From Gordonia sp. (in: high G+C Gram-positive bacteria) (GTDB taxonomy: Bacteria > Actinomycetota > Actinomycetes > Mycobacteriales > Mycobacteriaceae), in the NCBI RefSeq assembly GCF_012515855.1, contig NZ_JAAYXO010000014.1, positions 4,472-68,471 on the forward strand: a stretch of DNA of 64,000 bases. The letters are read 5' to 3'. Below are positions 38,886 through 46,904 of the stretch, one piece after another. Under the pieces are notes generated by a model that did no database searches, was not told the DNA's origin, and saw nothing but the letters and a program-made list of their open reading frames with translations. The first letter of the stretch is position 1. Every line of letters begins with the position of its first letter. The translations under genes were made by a program, and so were the position numbers.

Positions 38886-39803
38886 CTAAGCGCGATCGGA
38901 GTCAGCGAAGTGTCCGGTGAGCTCGCCGACGATCTGGTCCCACAGCGGACGCGGGAGGTCGTGGGCCATACCGTCGACCACGGTGAGGTGCGCACCACGC
39001 ACCGTCTTCGCGATCGCTTCGGCACCCGACATGCGCATCAGCTTGTCATGGGATCCGTGCAGGACGAGCGTCGGCGCTGCAATACGGCGGTCGGCGGCGA
39101 CCAAGCTGCCAGTTCCCATGATGGCGGCGAACTGGCGGGCGAACCCGACCGGATAGAAGCTGCGGTCGTAATACTCGGCGGCGTGCGCACGCGCCACCGC
39201 CGGCTCCGGTGGGTAGACGGGGCTGCCGATGATGCGCGACAGGCGCATGCTCTGGGCGATGACATCGTCGCGCGTCGCGTTCTTGGGCGGCCGCTTCAAC
39301 AGTGCGAGCATCTGCCGAGGGCCGGGCGGCGGAAGGAAACGGCGGTTGTTGCTCGACATGATCACCGTGGCCGACAGCGCACGGTCGGCGTGCTCGGCGC
39401 AGAAGACCTGGGCGATCATTCCGCCCATGGATGCGCCGACGATGTGGGCGCGCTCGATGCCGAGGTGATCGAGAACCCCGGCGGCGTCGTCGGCCATGTC
39501 GGAGAGGGTGTACGCGGTGCCTGCGGTCGGGATGCCCGCCCAGTAGCGGGCCAGATTCAGCAACAGCGGGCCCCCGCCCGGGGCCACCCCGTCGAGCTTC
39601 GACGACAGCCCGCTGTCGCGATTGTCGAATCGGATCACCCGGTAGCCGTGCGCCGCGATCTGCTCGCAGAACTCGGTGCGCCAGAACACCATCTGCGCGC
39701 CGATGCCCATGATGAGCAGGACGGCGGGATCGTCGGGGTCGCCGAACTCGTCGAAGCAGATCTCGAGATCGCCGACCGCTGCGGTACCGGTGCGTGAAGG
39801 CAT
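38886..39803 (-). CDS. Alpha/beta hydrolase (LipG-like)
   Basis: LLIMGIGAQ, FDNRDSG, GASMGG, HGSHD, GMAHD. Confidence 0.88.
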   Translation of the reverse strand: MPSRTGTAAVGDLEICFDEFGDPDDPAVLLIMGIGAQMVFWRTEFCEQIAAHGYRVIRFDNRDSGLSSKLDGVAPGGGPLLLNLARYWAGIPTAGTAYTLSDMADDAAGVLDHLGIERAHIVGASMGGMIAQVFCAEHADRALSATVIMSSNNRRFLPPPGPRQMLALLKRPPKNATRDDVIAQSMRLSRIIGSPVYPPEPAVARAHAAEYYDRSFYPVGFARQFAAIMGTGSLVAADRRIAAPTLVLHGSHDKLMRMSGAEAIAKTVRGAHLTVVDGMAHDLPRPLWDQIVGELTGHFADSDRA

Positions 39804-39837
39804 GCGAACACTCCTGTCTGGTCGGCGCAGAAAGTTG

Positions 39838-40314
39838 TCAGAGCAGAACGAAGAGATCGGTGCGGAGGTCGTCGTGCTCGATGACGCTGGGGTCGGTGAC
39901 ATAGACCTCGACGATCGCGCGCGGGGCGGAACCACCCTTGGCGAAGTGCCTTTCCATCAGCGACTCCCATGCGGAACCGAGGCCGTCGAACCCGCCGAGG
40001 TGCGACATCACCAGCGCGTGCCCGGTCGGGAAGTACCCGTTGTCGAGGCCGTCGACATCGGTGCGCCCGGCGACGGGGAAACCGATGGTGAGGTCGAACT
40101 CGTCGGTCACGTCGCCGTGATAGATCGCGAATCCGGGGCCGATCGGTCCGGCCTGGGCGAGTTCGTGGAAGTGGCTGTCGAAGATCTCGGGGAGACGGTC
40201 GAGGGTGACCTCGGGGAACTCCATGGTCACCACCGCGACGCCCTCGGGCAGTTCGATCTCGATGGCGTCGAAGAACGGCTCTTCACGAAGGATCAGCGGC
40301 AGCGAATCGGTCAT
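39838..40314 (-). CDS. GyrI-like small-molecule-binding protein
   Basis: GPGFAIYH, LTIGFPV, SHLGGFDGLGSAWESL, VEVYVTDP; TATTAT -10 six nt before the ATG. Confidence 0.8.
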   Translation of the reverse strand: MTDSLPLILREEPFFDAIEIELPEGVAVVTMEFPEVTLDRLPEIFDSHFHELAQAGPIGPGFAIYHGDVTDEFDLTIGFPVAGRTDVDGLDNGYFPTGHALVMSHLGGFDGLGSAWESLMERHFAKGGSAPRAIVEVYVTDPSVIEHDDLRTDLFVLL

Positions 40315-40387
40315 GCACAGATAATACGACTGCCCTCCGACATCGCGTGTGGTGCGCGGACCAGGTTCTCCGGGCAAAATGGGCGAC

Positions 40388-41959
40388 GTGACCGAGACCG
40401 ATCTTGTCGTCGACACCGTCTACGGCCCGCTTCGAGGCACCAGCACACCCTCCGCCGACCTGTGGCTCGGCGTCGCCTATGCCGCCCGGCCGACCGGACC
40501 GCGTCGCTGGCTCCACGCTCAGCCGCCCCGGGAACGCACCGAGATCGTCGACGCGCGCAACTACGCGCCCGTCTGTCCGCAGCCGGTGATGCAGGTCATC
40601 GACCTCGGACCTGACGCCTACGCGAACGAGGACTGTCTCTATCTGAATGTCGGAACCCCGCGCGACGTCGCGGGCACTGACGCACGTCTGCCGGTGATGG
40701 TCTGGGTGCACGGCGGCGCCTACCTGTGCGGTGCGGGATCGCAGCCGCTGTACGACCCGGGCTCGCTGGTGCAGTCGTCAGTGACCCGCGGGACACCGAC
40801 CGTCATCGTCACCCTCAACTACCGGATGGGTGCCTTCGGTTTCGCCGACCTGCGTCACTTCTCGTCCGGAGACCAGGAGTTCCAGGCCAACTGCGGACTG
40901 TCGGACGTGATCGCCGCGCTCGGGTGGGTGCGCGACAACATCGAGCGCTTCGGTGGCGACCCCGCCAACGTCACGCTGTTCGGCGAGTCGGCAGGCGCGG
41001 GCGTCGTCACCACGCTGTTGGCCTCGCCCGCGGCGAAAGGCCTGTTCCACAAGGCCATTGCGCAGAGCTCGCCGGCGACCACCGTGTACGACGCCGAGCG
41101 GGGCGAGCGCTATGCCAACATGCTGCTGGCCGAGCTCCCCCGCGAGTACGTCCGGTCGGGAAACCTGCGTCAAACGCCCGCGCTGAATCTGGTGAACGCG
41201 TCGTCGACCGTCTTCAACCTGGTCCCGAATCGATTTCCGGGGACCATCGCCTTTGCCCCCGTGGTCGACGGTGATCTGGTTCCGCTGGATCCGCTCGAAG
41301 CCATCGTCACCGGTGAATCGCACCGCGTGCCGCTGCTGATCGGCACCAATCGTCACGAGACCTCGCTGTTCCGCTGGATGTCGACCCCGCTGCTGCCGGT
41401 GAAAGACCAGGGTGTCGACGCCATGTTCACGTTGATCGGCGCTGAACGGCCGGGGCTGCGGATTCCGGAGGCGGACCATCTCGATTCGTCGTACCGGCAC
41501 GTTCCCTCGGGGGTGCGGAGCATGGCGATCTCCCGTGACATCGGCTTCCGAATGCCCGCGGTGTGGATCACCGAGTCGCACGCGCAGGTGGCGCCGGTGT
41601 ACCTGTATCGCTTCGATTGGGCGACCCCACTTCTCCGCGTCCTCGGTTACGGCGCCGCGCATGCCACGGAGGTGCCGTACGTGTGGGGCAATCCGGCGTC
41701 GACCAAGCGCGACCCGATGTATGCGCTCGGCGGTCGTGCGACGGGGGAGAAGGTTCGCCACCGGATGCAGTACCGCTGGCTCGGCTTCGCTGCAGACGGT
41801 GACCCGAACACCGGCGAGGACGGCGATGCGATCTGGGAGGCGTACGAGCCGATGCGCCACAGTTCGCTGCTGATCGGCGGCAACGACGATCTGGCAGTGG
41901 AAGGCTTGGACGACAACATCCTGCGTGCCTGGGGAGACGAGGTGCTCAGCTTTCGATGA
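40388..41959 (+). CDS. Type-B carboxylesterase (LipT-like)
   Basis: NEDCLYLN, WVHGGAY, NYRMG, FGGDPANVTLFGESAG, HATEV. Confidence 0.92.
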   Translation: MTETDLVVDTVYGPLRGTSTPSADLWLGVAYAARPTGPRRWLHAQPPRERTEIVDARNYAPVCPQPVMQVIDLGPDAYANEDCLYLNVGTPRDVAGTDARLPVMVWVHGGAYLCGAGSQPLYDPGSLVQSSVTRGTPTVIVTLNYRMGAFGFADLRHFSSGDQEFQANCGLSDVIAALGWVRDNIERFGGDPANVTLFGESAGAGVVTTLLASPAAKGLFHKAIAQSSPATTVYDAERGERYANMLLAELPREYVRSGNLRQTPALNLVNASSTVFNLVPNRFPGTIAFAPVVDGDLVPLDPLEAIVTGESHRVPLLIGTNRHETSLFRWMSTPLLPVKDQGVDAMFTLIGAERPGLRIPEADHLDSSYRHVPSGVRSMAISRDIGFRMPAVWITESHAQVAPVYLYRFDWATPLLRVLGYGAAHATEVPYVWGNPASTKRDPMYALGGRATGEKVRHRMQYRWLGFAADGDPNTGEDGDAIWEAYEPMRHSSLLIGGNDDLAVEGLDDNILRAWGDEVLSFR

Positions 41960-41969
41960 GTGGAGTCCG

Positions 41970-42395
41970 ATGAGTGGAGACAGTGTGACGCGTGGAAGTA
42001 CAGAGACGTGGGGTTCGGCCGGACTGCACGACGGCGGTTTCGCTTACGGATCGCGGGTGTCGGCCGGCGCTCTGATCTACACGGCGGGGCTGTCGCCACT
42101 CGACGACGCCGGCGAGATCGTCGGCCCGGACGATCCGGTGACGCAGGTGCGGCGTGCCGTGGAATGCCTCGACGTCGTGTTGCGCGAGCAGAACGCCCGG
42201 CGCGCTGACATCGCGAAGCTCACCGTGTACGTCGCGACTGCCGACCGCGCGACGCTCGGAGCGGTGTGGCAGGCGGTCGACGCCGCGTTCGGCGGAAACA
42301 CGCCGCCCGCGATCGTCGTCGGGGTCACGGTGCTGCCCTATCCCGGCCAGATGGTCGAGATCGAGGCGGTCGTTGCGACGGGAGAGTCGGCGTGA
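41970..42395 (+). CDS. RidA/YjgF-superfamily protein lacking the catalytic Arg
   Basis: YTAG, TQVRRAVECLDVVL, KLTVYV, PPAIVVGV in place of PAR, MVEIEAV. Confidence 0.85.
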   Translation: MSGDSVTRGSTETWGSAGLHDGGFAYGSRVSAGALIYTAGLSPLDDAGEIVGPDDPVTQVRRAVECLDVVLREQNARRADIAKLTVYVATADRATLGAVWQAVDAAFGGNTPPAIVVGVTVLPYPGQMVEIEAVVATGESA

Positions 42396-43573
42396 CGGCC
42401 CGACCGTACATCTCTGACCAGCAGCGTCGAGCCCGCCTGCAGCGTCGGCACCTGCTCGACGGGTCCGCCGGGCACGCGGTCACGACGGTCGCCGACGCGG
42501 TGGTCGGACTGCATGCGACCAACGCGTCCACCGTCCACCTCTCGGCGTGGGCCCGCGGCGGCGCCCCGACCCCCGAGGTCATCGAGACGGCGCTTTACCG
42601 CGATCGCTCACTGGTGAAGCAGCTCGTCATGCGTCGGACGCTGTTCGTGATGACCCGGCCGATGCTGGCTGAGTCGGTCGGTGCGGTGGGGCCGCGTGTC
42701 GCCGCTTCCGAGCGGACCAACATGCTGCGCGACCTGCGACGTGACGACGGCCCCGCCGACCCGGAGGCGTGGATCGAGCAGGCGCGAACAGCGGTGCTGG
42801 CCGCGTTCGCCGACGGCTCCGCGTACCCGGCCCCGCAGGTGCGGAAACTGCTGCCCGAGTTCGACATCGCGATCACGCGCGACGAGGGGAAGTCGTACGG
42901 CGGGCCGTCGCCCATGCTGCCCCGGATGCTCAACTACATGGCCGCGCTCGGTGACGTGGTGCGCGGACCCAACAGTGCGGTGTGGCACCGGTCGCGGCCG
43001 TCGTGGGTCGCGATGGACCAGTGGCTGGGTGCGCCACTCCCGCACGTCGACATCGAAACCGGCCACCGGGCCCTGGCGGAGCGCTGGTTGCGACAGTACG
43101 GTCCGGGGACTGAGACAGATCTGGTCTGGTGGCTCGGTTCCACCAAGACGGCCGTGCGTAAGGCCCTCGCATCGCTCGAGGTGACGGAGGTGGAGCTTGA
43201 CGGCGGCGCGGTCGGCTACCTGATGTCCGACGACCTCGACCCCGTCGAGTCGGTGGAACCCCGAGCCCTGTTGTTGCCGAGCCTCGACCCGACCACAATG
43301 GGCTGGAAGCAACGCGACTTCTACTTGGGCGAGCACGCCGGAGAACTCTTCGACAGCACTGGCAACGGCGGCCAGACGGCGTGGTGGGACGGTCGGATCG
43401 TCGGCGGCTGGGCGATGCGCGACGGGGCGGTCGACGTCATCGCGCTCGAGGCGTTGCCCCCGGAAGCGGAGAGGGCCTTGTCCATACGGGCCGAGGAGCT
43501 CACCGCTTGGCTCGACGACGACCGCCCGGTGGTGAACTTCCCGTCGCCGCTGATGACGCGGTATCGCGGCTGA
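42392..43573 (+). CDS. AlkZ/YcaQ-like winged-helix DNA glycosylase (HTH_42 family)
   Basis: VVGLHAT, MRRTLF, WLRQYGPGT..DLVWW, LLPSLDP..MGW, WWDGRIVGGW. Confidence 0.8.
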   Translation: MTARPYISDQQRRARLQRRHLLDGSAGHAVTTVADAVVGLHATNASTVHLSAWARGGAPTPEVIETALYRDRSLVKQLVMRRTLFVMTRPMLAESVGAVGPRVAASERTNMLRDLRRDDGPADPEAWIEQARTAVLAAFADGSAYPAPQVRKLLPEFDIAITRDEGKSYGGPSPMLPRMLNYMAALGDVVRGPNSAVWHRSRPSWVAMDQWLGAPLPHVDIETGHRALAERWLRQYGPGTETDLVWWLGSTKTAVRKALASLEVTEVELDGGAVGYLMSDDLDPVESVEPRALLLPSLDPTTMGWKQRDFYLGEHAGELFDSTGNGGQTAWWDGRIVGGWAMRDGAVDVIALEALPPEAERALSIRAEELTAWLDDDRPVVNFPSPLMTRYRG

Positions 43574-43596
43574 GACCGGCGACTTCGGCAGCGCGC

Positions 43597-44090
43597 CCTC
43601 GCCGACTCGACCCCACGTTGATCGAGTGCCGCTGCGGCGCGGAGCCCGCATCGGTGTATCGAGATCGCCTTTGCGCGTGGTTGCTCCGGTCTCGATTGTG
43701 TGCGGGTTCGCTGCGCTCACTCGCCGACTCGACCAGCAAGGGAGGCGGGTTCGCTCCGCTCACTCGCCAGCTCGCCCCACGCTGATCGAGTGCCGCTGCG
43801 AGCGGAGCCCGCATCGGTCTATCGAGATCGCTGGCACCGCGGGTCTCGATACCGGGCGGGTTCGCTGCGCTCACTCGCCGACTCGACCAGCAGGGGGATG
43901 CGCGCTCGGCTGCGCTCACTCGCCGGGTCGCCTTCACGTTGATCGAGTGCCGCTGCGAGCGGAGCCCGCATCGGTTTATCGAGATCGCTGGCACCGCGGG
44001 TCTCGATTGTGTGCGGGTTCGCTGCGCTCACTCGCGGACTCGACCAGCAGGGGGAGGCGCTCGGCTGCGCTCACTCGCCGACTCGACCAA
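43597..44090. repeat. REP/BIME-like composite array, three units of about 160 bp
   Basis: Units start at 43614, 43778 and 43935. Each has element A (TGATCGAGTGCCGCTGCG...TATCGAGATC), a short spacer, the inverted relative B (GGTCTCGAT...GCGGGTTCGCTGCGCTCACTCGCCGACTCGACC) and a partial second B. Confidence 0.9.
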
Positions 44091-44125
44091 CTTGGGGCCG
44101 ACACGACCGGCCGAGGCGCGACCAC

Positions 44126-44143
44126 TCACAGGAAGCTGACAGC
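44126..44143 (+). promoter_or_regulatory. PhoP box upstream of phoP
   Basis: TCACAGG-AAGC-TGACAGC versus the mycobacterial consensus TCACAGC-N4-TCACAGC. Confidence 0.7.
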
Positions 44144-44186
44144 TTGTTCCCAGTCGAATCGGCGGCGGGTCCGGCAAGCTGGGCGC

Positions 44187-44894
44187 ATGGCAACAGCTGA
44201 CAAACCCGCCAAGGTGCTCGTGGTCGACGATGAAGAGAACATCCGGGAGCTGCTTTCGGTGTCGCTGAAGTTCCAGGGCTACGAGGTGGAGACGGCCGCC
44301 GACGGCCCGCGCGCCCTCGACGCCGTCCGCACTTTCAAACCCGACGTGCTTGTGCTCGACGTGATGATGCCGGGCATGGACGGCTTCGGGCTCCTGCGTC
44401 GGCTGCGGGCCGACGGCGTCGACGCGCCCGCCCTGTTCCTGTCGGCGCGCGACTCGGTGGAGGACAAGGTCAACGGACTCACCATCGGCGGCGACGACTA
44501 TGTCACCAAGCCGTTCAGCCTGGAGGAAGTAGTCGCTCGCCTCGCGGTACTCCTTCGTCGCAGCGGCTTCGGTGAGGCCGAGGAGACTCCGAGTCGGATC
44601 GTCTTCTCCGACCTGGAACTCGACGAAGAGACCCACGAGGTGTTCAAAGCGGGGAAATTGGTGTCGCTGTCGCCGACCGAGTTCACCCTGCTGCGCTACT
44701 TCATGGTGAATGCCGGGACGGTGCTGTCGAAGCCCCGGATTCTCGACCACGTGTGGAGCTACGACTTCGGCGGCGACGTGAACGTGGTCGAGTCGTACGT
44801 CTCCTATCTCCGGCGCAAAGTCGACACCGGACCCAAGCAGCTGATTCACACCCTGCGCGGCGTCGGCTACGTGATGCGCGAGCCGCGCGAATGA
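44187..44894 (+). CDS. phoP: OmpR-family response regulator PhoP
   Basis: VLVVDDEENIRELLSVSLKFQG...YDFGGDVNVVESYVSYLRRK is nearly identical to mycobacterial PhoP as I recall it; followed by a kinase and a HIT gene (Rv0757-0759c synteny). Confidence 0.9.
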   Translation: MATADKPAKVLVVDDEENIRELLSVSLKFQGYEVETAADGPRALDAVRTFKPDVLVLDVMMPGMDGFGLLRRLRADGVDAPALFLSARDSVEDKVNGLTIGGDDYVTKPFSLEEVVARLAVLLRRSGFGEAEETPSRIVFSDLELDEETHEVFKAGKLVSLSPTEFTLLRYFMVNAGTVLSKPRILDHVWSYDFGGDVNVVESYVSYLRRKVDTGPKQLIHTLRGVGYVMREPRE

Positions 44895-46417
44895 CCACCG
44901 AGCCCCCGCTCGTGCAGCAGGCCCCTCCGCCCAGTGCCCCCGGGGGGCCGCGCCGGGGCGTGCCCTTGCGGATCTCGCTGGTGGTGCTGACCGGAGTGCT
45001 GGTAGCGCTGGGGCTGGTCTTTTCCGGCTTCGCCGTGACCTCGGCGATGCGCAACGACCTGATGTCGCGCACCGACTCCGGTCTGCAGGACGCGGTCAGC
45101 GGCTGGGCACGACCGCGGGGCATGGACTCCGGGCACCGTCCCGATCCCGCAGGCCCGCGACGACCGCCGTCGCAGTACTACGTCTCCACTGAGATCCCCG
45201 GCGGCATGATGATGACGATCAGTGACTTCACCGCCCAACCCGACCTCAGCTCACTGCCGTCGGGCGACGTCGGTCCGACCACCGTCGACTCGCAGGGTCG
45301 AGGGCCCGAGTGGCGAGTGATCAAGCGCGACTCGACCAACGGCGCCACCGTCGTCGCGATCCCGCTCACCGACGTCCAGGCGACGATGAACCGCCTCATC
45401 TGGCTGCAAGTCGGGATCGGGACCGTCGTCGTGGTGGTCATCGGGGTGCTGAGTTCGCTGCTCGTGCGATCGAGCCTGCGACCGTTGCGCCGCGTCGAAG
45501 AGACCGCCCACGCCATCGCGGGCGGTGACCTGCACCAGCGGGTGCCGGAGGGCCCCGAGAATACCGAGGTCGGCAGCCTCGGCAAGTCGATCAACGTGAT
45601 GCTCACCCAGATCCAGGGAGCATTCGCGGCCACGGCCCGCTCGGAGCAGCAGGCTCGCGAGTCGGAAGCCATGATGCGTCGGTTCGTCGCCGACGCATCA
45701 CACGAGCTGCGAACTCCGCTCACCTCCATCAAAGGTTTCGCTGAACTGCTGTCGATGGGTGCCGCCGACCCCGACGACGCGGTCCGCCGGATCGGCTCCG
45801 AGGCCGACCGAATGAACCTGCTGGTGGAAGATCTGCTGATGCTCGCCCGGCTCGACGCCCGACGTCCGCTCAACCGCGGCGCCGTCGAGATGGTGACTCT
45901 GGCGGCCGACGCCGTCGAAGCCGCCCGCGCCGCAGCACCCGAGGCCGACCTGACCCTCGACATCCCGCCCGGCACCGGCGACCCGGTGATCAGCGGCGAC
46001 CCGTCGCGCCTGACCCAGGTGATCCGCAATCTGGTCGGTAACGCGGTCGCGCATGCCGGACCCGACGCGCACATCACCGTGCGCGTGGACGCGGAGCCGC
46101 GGGAGGTCGCGGTGACGGTGGCCGACGACGGGCCCGGTATGACGGCCGACGACGCCGCCCACGTCTTCGAACGCTTCTATCGCGGCGACGACTCCCGCCA
46201 TCGCGAACGGAACGGCGCGGGCAACGGGCTCGGCCTGTCGATCGTGGCCGCGCTCGTCGCGGCGCACGGCGGTCGGGTCGGCGTCGACACGGCACCGGGC
46301 CAGGGGGCGCGGTTCTGGTTCGTCCTGCCGCGGATCGACAGCGCGGGCCTTGATCCCGAAGGCTCCGGCGACTCCGGACCGGAACCGGACACGGCGCCGA
46401 CCGGCGACCTAGACTGA
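44891..46417 (+). CDS. phoR: Sensor histidine kinase PhoR
   Basis: Two TM segments, HAMP domain, ADASHELRTPLTSI H-box, NLVGNA, DDGPG, GLGLSIV. Confidence 0.9.
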   Translation: MTTEPPLVQQAPPPSAPGGPRRGVPLRISLVVLTGVLVALGLVFSGFAVTSAMRNDLMSRTDSGLQDAVSGWARPRGMDSGHRPDPAGPRRPPSQYYVSTEIPGGMMMTISDFTAQPDLSSLPSGDVGPTTVDSQGRGPEWRVIKRDSTNGATVVAIPLTDVQATMNRLIWLQVGIGTVVVVVIGVLSSLLVRSSLRPLRRVEETAHAIAGGDLHQRVPEGPENTEVGSLGKSINVMLTQIQGAFAATARSEQQARESEAMMRRFVADASHELRTPLTSIKGFAELLSMGAADPDDAVRRIGSEADRMNLLVEDLLMLARLDARRPLNRGAVEMVTLAADAVEAARAAAPEADLTLDIPPGTGDPVISGDPSRLTQVIRNLVGNAVAHAGPDAHITVRVDAEPREVAVTVADDGPGMTADDAAHVFERFYRGDDSRHRERNGAGNGLGLSIVAALVAAHGGRVGVDTAPGQGARFWFVLPRIDSAGLDPEGSGDSGPEPDTAPTGDLD

Positions 46418-46421
46418 AGGC

Positions 46422-46850
46422 ATGCCTTCGGTTTTCACGCACATCATCAACGGAGACCTGCCGGGACGATTCGTCTGGAAGGACGGAACGGCAGTCGGAT
46501 TCATGACGATCGAACCGGTGTCGCCGGGCCACGTGCTGGTGGTCCCGCGCAAGGAGATCGACCACTGGGAGCAGATCGACACCCCGACCTTCACTCACGT
46601 CACCGACGTCGCGCAGAAGATCGGCCGTGCGGTCAAGGCCGCCTACGACGCTCCCCGCATGGGTCTGCTGATCGCCGGCCTCGAGGTGCCGCACCTGCAC
46701 GTCCACGTGTTCCCGGCGCATTCCCTGGAGACGTTCGACCTCACCAAGGCCGACCGCGACGTCTCCCCGGAAGCGCTCGACGAGGCTGCGGCCAAGGTTC
46801 GCGCCAGCCTGCGTGCGCTCGGCTACGCGGAGAACGTGCCGGACGCCTGA
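46422..46850 (+). CDS. HIT-family protein
   Basis: SPGHVLVVP and the HLHVHV histidine triad. Confidence 0.93.
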   Translation: MPSVFTHIINGDLPGRFVWKDGTAVGFMTIEPVSPGHVLVVPRKEIDHWEQIDTPTFTHVTDVAQKIGRAVKAAYDAPRMGLLIAGLEVPHLHVHVFPAHSLETFDLTKADRDVSPEALDEAAAKVRASLRALGYAENVPDA

Positions 46851-46904
46851 GCGATACGGAGAACTCCACGGAGAACTCCGCCGCCGGAACGACCTGACCT
46901 CTGC

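Noticed and set aside
43597-44090. CRISPR array
   Set aside because: The units are internally inverted composite elements, two of the three short spacers are identical, and there are no cas genes. This fits REP/BIME-like repeats.
43626-44186. 187-codon N-terminal extension of PhoP shown in the ORF track
   Set aside because: It is a translation of the repeat array. The PhoP homology and the PhoP box place the start at 44187.
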